Assembly: GCA_022822725.1 (NCBI GenBank)
Contig: JAJEAN010000006.1
Location: 105,850 to 169,849, forward strand
Direction of reading: 5' to 3'
Length of the DNA: 64,000 bases
Source: Candidatus Latescibacterota bacterium
Lineage (GTDB): Bacteria > JAAXHH01
Below, piece by piece: positions 25,950 through 34,090 of this stretch (positions are counted from its first letter, which is position 1; every line of letters starts with the position of its first letter). A program made the translations under genes and the position numbers. The notes under the pieces were generated by a model, which made no database searches, was not told the DNA's origin, and saw nothing but the letters and a program-made list of their open reading frames with translations.

Positions 25950-28649
25950 TTGTTACTGAACAGACTCCATCGGTGGACGATCTTCCTGTCCGCCCTGATC
26001 ATACTGGGAACCGTGGAATCCGAAGCGCGCCAGCCGGCGCCGGAAAAACGGGTGTACAATACGCGGCACATCACCTCGCAGCCCCCGGACATCGACGGAC
26101 GGGGCGATGATTCGGCCTGGGGCGACGTGGAGTGGTCCGGTGACTTTACCCAGCTGGACCCGGACGACGGCGGGGAACCCACGCAACAGACGGCTTTCAA
26201 GATCCTCTTCGACGATCACAACCTCTACGTGCTGATCCGTGCCTTCGACACCGAACCGGACCGGATTACCCATCGGGTTACCCGTCGGGACGACTGGGAC
26301 AACGACTGGGTGGAGATCCATTTCGACAGCTACCACGACAAGCGCACGGCTTTTTCCTTTACGCTGACCGCCTCCGGCGGGCGGGGCGACGAGGCCATAT
26401 CGAACGACGGCGACGACTGGGACTCGAGTTGGGACCCCGTATGGTTCGGGGCGTCCACCATCGACGAAGAGGGATGGCTTGCCGAGATGCGCATACCCTT
26501 AAGCCAGTTGCGGTTCTCCGGCGAGGAGGGACAGGTATGGGGCCTGCAGGTGCAGAGAAGGCTGTACCGCCACCAGGAACGTTCGGGGTGGCAACACATC
26601 CACCGGAATTCGCCCGGCTGGGTCAGCCTGTTCGGGGAACTGCGCGGCCTGCAGGGAATCGAGTCTTCCCACCGGATCGAGATACTGCCCTACGTGGTGG
26701 GCGACCTGAACCGGTTCCAGGCCGAGGCGCAGAACCCCTTTCGCGACGGCCAGCGCGCCGACGGGCGCATCGGACTGGACGGCAAGATCGGGCTTGCCGG
26801 AAACATCACCATGGACCTGGCCGTGAACCCCGACTTCGGCCAGGTCGAGGCGGATCCTTCGCGGGTCAACCTGTCGGCCTTCGAGTTGTTCTTCGAAGAG
26901 CGGCGGCCCCTCTTCGTCGAAGGCAAGAACATCACCGAATTCCAGGTGGGCGGCGGCGGTCCTTTCTGGAACGACCGGCTGTTCTACTCGCGGCGTATCG
27001 GCCGGTCTCCCCAGCGGAGCCCGGATCTCTCCGACGGACAGACCATGGACAAGCCCCGGAATACGCCCATTCTCGCCGCCGCGAAGATCACCGGCAAGAC
27101 ATCGGACGGCCTGTCCATCGGCATCGTGGACGCGGTCACTTCGAAAACCGCCGCCCGGATCGACACGAAGGGCGTGCGGAGCGAAGAGTCCGTGGAACCG
27201 CTGACCAACTACCTGATCGCGCGCCTGCAGCAGGACTTCAACGACGGAGGCTCGTCGCTGGGAACGATGTTCACCGCGACCAATCGCGACAACGACGAGG
27301 CCCACTTCGATTTCCTCAACCGGGCGGCCTACACGGGCGGGATCGATTTCCGTCACCAGTGGAGCGACCGGACCTACTGGCTCAACGCGAGTATGTCGTT
27401 CAGCCACATCCGGGGCGAACCGGAAGCGATTACCCGCGTGCAGCGAAATTCCGCGCGGTACTACCAGCGCCCCGACGCCTCCTATGTAACGCTGGATTCG
27501 ACTCGGACCGCCCTGAGTGGCCATGGCGGGAGCATCGGCATAGGCCGTTCAGGCAACAGCCCGTGGAACATGGGGATCTCCGGTACCTGGCGCTCGCCGG
27601 GTCTCGAATTGAACGACGTGGGATTCCTGCGCCAGGCCGACGTATTCATGCAGACCAGCTGGTTCGGTTACCGCTCGGATAAGCCGAACCGGATCTTCCG
27701 CGAGTACAACCTGTTCCTGAACCAGTGGCAGGGCTTCACCTTCGGCGGGGATCGGAAGTTCATGGGCGGAAACATCAACGGGGGCGGACAGTTCAATAAC
27801 TACTGGTGGATGTGGTTCAACGTGGACACGGAGATCGAAGGCCTGTCCACCACCGCACTACGCGGCGGGCCGTCCCTTAAATCGCCGGGTAACGTGGTGT
27901 TCAACCTCAACGTCGACACCGATGGACGCAAGCCGGTCAGTTTCGGCTTCGGCGGCGGTTACAACCGGCGCCGCGACGACGCTGGAAACTCGAGCTGGAT
28001 GTACCTGTCCATGCAGTACCGGCCGAGTAACGCCATGAATATCCGCATCAACCCGTTTTTCGACACCGACCGGAACGAATTGCAGTACGTGTCCAATGAG
28101 ACGTTCAGCGACGCCGTCCACGTGGACCAGGTCTACCAGGCGGGCCAGGCCTCCCAGGCGGACCGCTACCTGCTGGGCCGCGTCGACCAGAAGACGCTGG
28201 GGATCGGCATCCGGTTGAACTACAGTATCACCAACAACATGTCCATTCAGTATTATGGCCAGCCCTTCGTATCGGCCGGCCGCTACACCCGGTTCAAACG
28301 GATAACGGACCCGCGGGCCGATCGGTACGCGGACCGTTTCGAACTGCTTTCGGACGGCCAGCTGGCCTACGACGATGCAGACGAAACTTACCGCGTGGAC
28401 GAGAATATGGATGGCCGGACCGACTATTCCTTCGACGATCCGGACTTCAACTTCCGCCAGTTCCGATCGAACCTGGTGTTGCGGTGGGAGTATACGCCGG
28501 GCTCGACGCTGTTCCTCGTGTGGCAGCAGCAGCGAAGCCGCTCGGGCGGCACGGGCGAATTCGACGCCGGGCAAGACCTGAACGACCTGTTCGACACCTA
28601 TCCCTCGAACATCTTCCTCTTGAAGTTCAATTACTGGTTTTCGCTGTAG
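25950..28649 (+). CDS. CBM9-like carbohydrate-binding domain + DUF5916 family protein (secreted or outer-membrane associated)
   Basis: The N-terminal segment IDGRGDDSAWGDVEWSGDFTQLDPDDGGEPTQQTAFKILFDDHNLYVLIRAFD...GWLAEMRIPLSQLRF matches the CBM9/DUF5916 pattern. TTG start with GGAGG 8 nt upstream. Confidence 0.7.
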   Translation: MLLNRLHRWTIFLSALIILGTVESEARQPAPEKRVYNTRHITSQPPDIDGRGDDSAWGDVEWSGDFTQLDPDDGGEPTQQTAFKILFDDHNLYVLIRAFDTEPDRITHRVTRRDDWDNDWVEIHFDSYHDKRTAFSFTLTASGGRGDEAISNDGDDWDSSWDPVWFGASTIDEEGWLAEMRIPLSQLRFSGEEGQVWGLQVQRRLYRHQERSGWQHIHRNSPGWVSLFGELRGLQGIESSHRIEILPYVVGDLNRFQAEAQNPFRDGQRADGRIGLDGKIGLAGNITMDLAVNPDFGQVEADPSRVNLSAFELFFEERRPLFVEGKNITEFQVGGGGPFWNDRLFYSRRIGRSPQRSPDLSDGQTMDKPRNTPILAAAKITGKTSDGLSIGIVDAVTSKTAARIDTKGVRSEESVEPLTNYLIARLQQDFNDGGSSLGTMFTATNRDNDEAHFDFLNRAAYTGGIDFRHQWSDRTYWLNASMSFSHIRGEPEAITRVQRNSARYYQRPDASYVTLDSTRTALSGHGGSIGIGRSGNSPWNMGISGTWRSPGLELNDVGFLRQADVFMQTSWFGYRSDKPNRIFREYNLFLNQWQGFTFGGDRKFMGGNINGGGQFNNYWWMWFNVDTEIEGLSTTALRGGPSLKSPGNVVFNLNVDTDGRKPVSFGFGGGYNRRRDDAGNSSWMYLSMQYRPSNAMNIRINPFFDTDRNELQYVSNETFSDAVHVDQVYQAGQASQADRYLLGRVDQKTLGIGIRLNYSITNNMSIQYYGQPFVSAGRYTRFKRITDPRADRYADRFELLSDGQLAYDDADETYRVDENMDGRTDYSFDDPDFNFRQFRSNLVLRWEYTPGSTLFLVWQQQRSRSGGTGEFDAGQDLNDLFDTYPSNIFLLKFNYWFSL

Positions 28650-28693
28650 GGTCAGTCGACGGCGCGGTCTTGGACCTGGTCTGGCCAGGTCCG

Positions 28694-28723
28694 GGCCGGA
28701 CAAGGCCGGACTAGGCCGGAACG
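28694..28723. repeat. 3 x 10-bp tandem repeat spanning the UxuA-like stop codon
   Basis: ggccggacaa / ggccggacta / ggccggaacg. The cta at 28711-28713 is the TAG stop. Confidence 0.85.
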
Positions 28724-29697
28724 GGCTGCTGCTTGTTCACCATCTCCAGCATGGCCGTCATGTAGCCGATGGCGTAGGCGCGCCCCCGGTGATGCCAGTC
28801 GGTGTCATCCACGAAACGGGGCACGTGGTCGGTGATCATGAACCCGGTGAACCCGACCTCCTTCAGGGTACGCATGACCTCGTAAGGCTCGACGTTCCCC
28901 TCGTTGATGAAGCACTCGTTGAAACAGGGCACGTTTCCCTGCACGTCGCGGAAGTGGACGTAGATGATCTTGCCGGCGCCTCCGAAGTGCCGGATGGCCT
29001 TGATCACGTAGTCGTGACCCCCCATCTCCGACCAGCATCCCATGCAGAAGTCCAGGCCGTGGTACGGACTGTCGAAGGTGTCCATGGCCCGCTTGAAGCC
29101 CTCGAAGCTGCTGAATATCCGCGCCACGCCGCCCAGCATGGGGATCGGGGGGTCGTCGGGATGCAGGGCGAGCCTGACGTTGCTCTCCTCGGCGACCGGC
29201 AGGATCCGCGACATGTAGTAGTGGTAGTTGTCCCACATCTCGTCCGCCGTGAAGATCCGGCCGTGGGTGGGCTCCGCGTCCCTGTGGGCCTCGAAATCAA
29301 ACCGCGTGGCCGTGGCGCCGCCGCGGAGCACGGCGGGATCGGGTGTCCGCCAGACGGAACTGGGGATCCAGTGGTACCCCAGGATGGGAATGCCGGCCTT
29401 GCCCATGTTACGGATCGTGTACTTCATGTGCTCGATCTGTTCGTCGCGGCCCGGCAGCCCCAGCATGGCCTTGTCGTAGAAGGGGATGGGCACGTTCTCC
29501 AGAGCCATCAGGCGCAGTTCGGCTTTGTCGGCCCGTTTCTTCAGGTCGACCAGGTCCTCCAGCTCCCAGCGTTTATCGCCCGGCAGTTTCGGCGTGTTCA
29601 TGAGGAAGTCGTCGGCGCCGAGCTGCTTGATGTAGGCCAGTTTCTCGTCGGTGAGTACGTTGAATTGTCCCAAACCGATGCGCATTTCCAGGTTCAT
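28711..29697 (-). CDS. Mannonate dehydratase (UxuA)-like xylose-isomerase-fold TIM-barrel enzyme
   Basis: The segment GIPILGYHWIPSSVWRT resembles the UxuA YNFMPVLDWTRT region, and the protein has an HPDDPP metal site. The ATG at 29697 (MNLEMRIG) has GAGGA 5 nt upstream. The ORF-track start at 29718 lies inside a tandem repeat. Confidence 0.65.
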   Translation of the reverse strand: MNLEMRIGLGQFNVLTDEKLAYIKQLGADDFLMNTPKLPGDKRWELEDLVDLKKRADKAELRLMALENVPIPFYDKAMLGLPGRDEQIEHMKYTIRNMGKAGIPILGYHWIPSSVWRTPDPAVLRGGATATRFDFEAHRDAEPTHGRIFTADEMWDNYHYYMSRILPVAEESNVRLALHPDDPPIPMLGGVARIFSSFEGFKRAMDTFDSPYHGLDFCMGCWSEMGGHDYVIKAIRHFGGAGKIIYVHFRDVQGNVPCFNECFINEGNVEPYEVMRTLKEVGFTGFMITDHVPRFVDDTDWHHRGRAYAIGYMTAMLEMVNKQQPVPA

Positions 29698-29698
29698 G

Positions 29699-29745
29699 TC
29701 ATTCCTCGCTCTTATCATTCCTCGCTCTTGTCATTCCTCGCTCTT
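29699..29745. repeat. 3 x 15-bp repeat (16-bp period) at the parC stop / UxuA-like start junction
   Basis: tcattcctcgctctt occurs at 29699, 29715 and 29731. On the minus strand this reads AAGAGCGAGGAATGA x3, each copy holding GAGGA, ATG and TGA. Confidence 0.95.
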
Positions 29746-31632
29746 CCTGGTCAGCCTCACGCCTTTGAGCGCCTTCGGGGCCAGGCGGATGCCCCTGGCA
29801 CGGTTCCCCCGAACGGGAAAGAGCGAAAGGTCGAAGGTTTCCTCGAAGACCCGCATCCGCGGCGTGGGCTTGTAGGTGATATTGGCCATGACGTCGGTAT
29901 CGGTGGTCAGTTGCAGGATACGGCAACCCTCGGGCACGAGTTCGTATCCCCGATTCAGAATGAACTTGTCCAGCTTGCAGCGCTTTACGTAGGGATGGCC
30001 CTTCCGGTCCCGGTAGACGGTGGTGAATACCAGGTCGGGATCGACAAACGCGCAGTACAGCATGCCCTTGTCCACGAAAAGCCGTTCGATCCCGTCGTGG
30101 AGCGCGTAGGCGCCGGTCTTGCGGATCACGAGGACCCGGTCATAGGGCGACACGTCGAAGAGGGTGTCCCCGCTGCCCAGTCCATACCCCAGGTACCCGG
30201 TGCTCCGGTCGTACTTGAGCGCGAGGTTCCGCTGCGCCGCCTCCCGGGCATCGACCCGCTTGAAAGCGGTGATGGTCGTCCTGCGGGGAAAAGCCTCGCG
30301 GTACCGCCCGATCAGTCCTTCCAGCAGCGTGATCGCGTAGGCCGAAAGATGGCCCAGGTGATCCCTGATCTCCCGCAGGCGGCTGCGGATGCCCTTCATC
30401 TCCTCGTTGGCGCGGTTGATGTCGTACAGGGAGATCCGGCGGATCGGCACCTTGAGCAGGGTATCGATATCCTCGGCAGTCAATTCCTTCACCTTTGTCG
30501 CGAAGGGTTCGAACCCCGCCCGGATCGCTTCGTGGATCTTGTCCTGCTCCCGGACTTCCTCGATGCGCTTGTAGATCCGTTCCTTGATGAAGAGCTGCTC
30601 CAGCGTCTTCGCGCGGAGCTTGGCGTGCAGCTGCTTCCGTTCGATCTTCAATTCCGCTTCGAGAACCTCCAGCAGCCGCTGCGTGTTGTGCCTGAGCACG
30701 TCGGACACGGGCAGGATGCAGGGATGTCCCGTCCGGATGACCAGGATGTTCGTTGAAATGGAGGACTCGCAGTCGGTGAATGCGTAGAGGGCGTCCACGG
30801 TTTCCTCTGAATGCACGCCCCGGGCCAGGCGGATCTCGATTTCCACTTCGTCGGCCGTGAAGTCTGAGATGCCTGCGATTTTCAGCTTGTCCTTCTTCGC
30901 CGCCGCCTCGATGGACGCGATCAGGCTTTCGGTGGTCGAACCGAAGGGCAGCTGGCGTATGACGATGCGCTTGGGGTCCTTCACGTCCAGTTGGGCGCGG
31001 ACCATCACCTTGCCGTTGCCGTCATTGTATTCCGAGACGTCCACCAGGCCCCCCGTCGGGAAATCGGGCTGGACCTCGAAGGGCTCGTCCCGGAGGCAGG
31101 CGATCTGGGCCTCCATGAGTTCGATGAGGTTGTGCGGCAGGATCCGGGTCGCCATGCTCGAGGCGATGCCCTCGGCGCCCATGGCCAGTAGGACGGGTAT
31201 CTTCGCCGGAAAGGCGACGGGCTCCCTGTTGCGGCCGTCGTAGGAATCCACGTACTCGGTGATCTCCGGATCGTGCAGCACCTCTTTGGCCAGCGGGGTC
31301 AGGCGGCACTCGATGTACCGGGCCGCCGAGGCGGGGTCGCCGGTGAGGGTCGAGCCGAAATTGCCCTGTTTCTCGATGAACATGTCCTTGTTGGCGAGAT
31401 TGACCAGCGAGCCGAAGATGGACTGGTCCCCGTGGGGATGATACCGCATGGTCTGGCCCACCACGTTGGCGACCTTGTGGAACTTCCCGTCGTCCATCTC
31501 GAAGAGGGTATGCAGAATGCGGCGCTGCACGGGCTTGAGTCCGTCGTCGATCTCCGGAATCGCCCGGTCCTTGATGAAATAGGAGGCGTACTTCAGGTAA
31601 TAGTCGTCGAAGAGGGTATCGGCGTAGGCCAT
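29731..31632 (-). CDS. parC: Type IIA topoisomerase subunit A (ParC/GyrA family) with short C-terminal domain
   Basis: DGLKPVQRRIL, HPHGD, and active-site Tyr context AARYIECRL. Only about 150-180 aa follow the coiled-coil, and I saw no GyrA box. Confidence 0.85.
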   Translation of the reverse strand: MAYADTLFDDYYLKYASYFIKDRAIPEIDDGLKPVQRRILHTLFEMDDGKFHKVANVVGQTMRYHPHGDQSIFGSLVNLANKDMFIEKQGNFGSTLTGDPASAARYIECRLTPLAKEVLHDPEITEYVDSYDGRNREPVAFPAKIPVLLAMGAEGIASSMATRILPHNLIELMEAQIACLRDEPFEVQPDFPTGGLVDVSEYNDGNGKVMVRAQLDVKDPKRIVIRQLPFGSTTESLIASIEAAAKKDKLKIAGISDFTADEVEIEIRLARGVHSEETVDALYAFTDCESSISTNILVIRTGHPCILPVSDVLRHNTQRLLEVLEAELKIERKQLHAKLRAKTLEQLFIKERIYKRIEEVREQDKIHEAIRAGFEPFATKVKELTAEDIDTLLKVPIRRISLYDINRANEEMKGIRSRLREIRDHLGHLSAYAITLLEGLIGRYREAFPRRTTITAFKRVDAREAAQRNLALKYDRSTGYLGYGLGSGDTLFDVSPYDRVLVIRKTGAYALHDGIERLFVDKGMLYCAFVDPDLVFTTVYRDRKGHPYVKRCKLDKFILNRGYELVPEGCRILQLTTDTDVMANITYKPTPRMRVFEETFDLSLFPVRGNRARGIRLAPKALKGVRLTRKSEE

Positions 31633-31638
31633 GGGGTC

Positions 31639-33672
31639 CTAAACTTCGTCCAGCAGGTTCTCCACGATGTAGTCCCTGCGCTCGGGCGTGTTCTTGCCCA
31701 TGTAGAAGGTGAGGGTTTCCGGTATGCTGTGTATGGAACGGACATTGACCTTCACGAGCCGCATGTCGGGACCGATGAACTGGCCGAATTCGCCGGGGGA
31801 TATCTCGCCCAGTCCCTTGAACCGGGTCACTTCCGCGCCGCGAATCCGGTCCAGGGCCGCGTTCCGCTCCTTCTCGCTGTAGCAGTAGACGGTTTCCTTT
31901 GTGTTGCGCACCCGGAATAGCGGCGTTTCGAGGATGTGGACGTGGCCCGCGAGCACCATCTCCTCGAAGTAGCTCAGGAAGAAGGTCATCAGGAGATTGC
32001 GGATATGGTAGCCGTCGTAGTCAGCGTCGGTCGCGATGATCACCTTGTTGAACCGCAGGTTCGATATCCCTTCCTCGATGCCGAGGGCCATCATGAGATT
32101 GTAGAGCTCCTCGTTCTTGTAGATGGCCGCCCGCGTGCGGGAGAAGACGTTCAGCGGCACGCCCTTCAGCCCGAAGATCGCCTGGGTCAGCGGGTCCCGC
32201 GCCGAGACCATCGAACCGGCGGCCGAAGGTCCCTCGGTGATGAAGATCGAGGAATCCTCTCCGAACTTCGCGTGATCGAAGTGGTACTTGCAGTCCTTGA
32301 AATTCGGGATCTTGATGGCGATGCGCCGGGCCGCCTCGCGGGCTTCCTTCTTGACGGCGTTGAGCTCCTTCCGCAGACGCTCGTTCTGGGTGATCTTCTC
32401 CTGGATCTTCTGGGCGGACTCCTGGTTCTTGTGAAGGAAGTCCACCACGGCGCTGCGGATCTCCGATACGAGCCATCCCCGGATCTCGGTATTGCCCAGC
32501 TTGTTCTTGGTCTGGGATTCGAAAACGGGGTCCTTCAGCTTGATGGCGATGGCGCCCGCGATGGATTCCCGCACGTCCACCCCGCCGTAGCTCTTCTTGA
32601 AGTATTCGTTGACGCCCTTGAGGATGCCCTCGCGGAACGCGCTCTGGTGGGACCCGCCGTCCGCGGTGTACTGGCCGTTCACGAAGGAGAAGAGCGTCTC
32701 GCCGTAATTGGTGGTGTGCGTGAAGGAGAACTCGATGTACTGGCTCTTGTGGTACGAGGGTTCGTAGAGGACGTTTTCGCCCACCTCGGCCTTCAGGAAG
32801 TCCAGCAGTCCGTACCGGGAAACGAAGCGCTTCTTGTTGAAGACCAGGCGGAGGCCGCTGTTCAGACAGGCGTAGTTCCACATGCGCCGTTCGACATAGT
32901 CCGGCCGATAGGCGTATTCCTCGAAAATTTGTTCGTCGGGCAGGAATTCGACGTATGTGCCGTCCGGCTCGTCCGCGGCGCCCTCGTCCTGCGACTGAAG
33001 CTGTCCGCGCTCGTAGACCGCCTCGGCGTACCTCCCGTCCCGGTAGGCCACGACGCGGAAGTCGACGGAAAGGGCGTTGACCGCCTTGGCGCCCACGCCG
33101 TTCAGTCCCACGCTGAACTGGAAGACCTCGTCGTTGTACTTGGCGCCCGTGTTGATGATCGAAGTGCACTCCACGACCTTGCCGAGGGGAATCCCGCGGC
33201 CGAAGTCCCGGACGCGGACCCGGTTATCTTCGATGGACACTTCGATCTCGCGGCCGTGGCCCATGATGAACTCGTCCACGGCGTTGTCGATCACTTCCTT
33301 GAGGAGGACGTAGATGCCGTCTTCCGGATCGTCGCCGTTCCCGAGCCGGCCGATATACATGCCGGTACGGAGCCGAATGTGCTCCAGCGACGAGAGGGTC
33401 TTGACCTTGCTTTCGTCGTAGACGGCGGCGTCCGCGTCGGCGGGAGATCCGTTGCCTTCATCCGCTCGTGCGCCGTTTTCCGATTCGACCGGCTTTCCGT
33501 TGGTCGCGGCTCCGCTGCCACGCGAACCGTTCCCGGACCGGCCGTTCGCCTCCTGCTCCCGTGGCCTTTCCCCGTTCCCGGACCGGCCGTTCGCCGCTTC
33601 TTCCCGTGGCGCAAGCAGGTCGAGCTGGGTGTTGAGGTCCTCTCCGTTTCTCGAACCGTTTCGGGTCGCCAT
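31639..33672 (-). CDS. parE: Type IIA topoisomerase subunit B (ParE/GyrB family) with low-complexity N-terminal extension
   Basis: GHKL ATPase motifs (LLKEVIDNAVDE, GLNGVGAK), Toprim (EGPSAAGS, IATDADYDGYHI), and PLFRV. The ATG at 33672 has GGAAAGGA just upstream. An alternative ATG at 33717 has no SD. Confidence 0.85.
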   Translation of the reverse strand: MATRNGSRNGEDLNTQLDLLAPREEAANGRSGNGERPREQEANGRSGNGSRGSGAATNGKPVESENGARADEGNGSPADADAAVYDESKVKTLSSLEHIRLRTGMYIGRLGNGDDPEDGIYVLLKEVIDNAVDEFIMGHGREIEVSIEDNRVRVRDFGRGIPLGKVVECTSIINTGAKYNDEVFQFSVGLNGVGAKAVNALSVDFRVVAYRDGRYAEAVYERGQLQSQDEGAADEPDGTYVEFLPDEQIFEEYAYRPDYVERRMWNYACLNSGLRLVFNKKRFVSRYGLLDFLKAEVGENVLYEPSYHKSQYIEFSFTHTTNYGETLFSFVNGQYTADGGSHQSAFREGILKGVNEYFKKSYGGVDVRESIAGAIAIKLKDPVFESQTKNKLGNTEIRGWLVSEIRSAVVDFLHKNQESAQKIQEKITQNERLRKELNAVKKEAREAARRIAIKIPNFKDCKYHFDHAKFGEDSSIFITEGPSAAGSMVSARDPLTQAIFGLKGVPLNVFSRTRAAIYKNEELYNLMMALGIEEGISNLRFNKVIIATDADYDGYHIRNLLMTFFLSYFEEMVLAGHVHILETPLFRVRNTKETVYCYSEKERNAALDRIRGAEVTRFKGLGEISPGEFGQFIGPDMRLVKVNVRSIHSIPETLTFYMGKNTPERRDYIVENLLDEV

Positions 33673-33764
33673 GAGTCCTTTCCCGATAACAGATGACAAC
33701 GGCAACATGATTCCCATGCCGCATCGGCATTAGAACATGTCGTGTCAGGCCATGCGGTTAGCAC

Positions 33765-33793
33765 AATATATGGCCGTACGGCGGACGTGTCAA
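33765..33793 (-). promoter_or_regulatory. Near-consensus sigma70-type promoter of the parE-parC pair
   Basis: Minus strand TTGACACGT-(17-nt spacer)-TATATT. Confidence 0.65.
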
Positions 33794-33904
33794 TATACGC
33801 TATGCGGCCATTTGTCGCGCGGGCCGATTTTCGCTATATCACCGTATGACGTGCGTGCCGATATTCGCTCCGTGGCCGTTTGCCGCACGTGTCAATATAC
33901 GCTA
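33785..33904. repeat. Two copies of an 18-mer (acgtgtcaatatacgcta) 102 bp apart
   Basis: Exact copies at 33785-33802 and 33887-33904. Only the proximal copy has a -10 element at the correct spacing. Confidence 0.9.
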
Positions 33905-33981
33905 CGTCTGTTTGGTAATTTGTCAAGAAAAACCATGCGCGCGCAGGGGTACCGGCCTGTGATGGTATCAGGAGGCACAGA

Positions 33982-34090
33982 CCGGACGCTTTGAGGCGCG
34001 CTGGCCGGGCGCCGTGGAGGCGCGCAGGCCGGACGCCCTGAGGCGCGCATCCCGGACGCCACGGGGAACGCAGGCCGGACGCCCTAGGAC
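33982..34090. repeat. About 5 x 23-24-bp tandem repeat abutting and spanning the acyl-CoA dehydrogenase stop codon
   Basis: The core ccggacgc (one copy ccgggcgc) begins at 33982, 34005, 34029, 34052 and 34075. The stop (cta) is at 34084-34086. Confidence 0.85.

Noticed and set aside
25517-26200. A 228-codon N-terminal extension of the sulfatase ORF; similar extensions occur at 1654-1791, 7857-8126, 47418-47540 and 37635-37760.
   Set aside because: The extensions lack family-like sequence, overlap upstream genes or promoters, and internal ATGs coincide with the conserved N-termini, often with an SD or stop/start overlap.
33887-33904. The distal copy of the TTGACACGT 18-mer as a second functional parE promoter.
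   Set aside because: No -10-like hexamer lies at 16-19 nt; the nearest is GAATAT at about 23 nt. It is kept only as a repeat or possible binding site.
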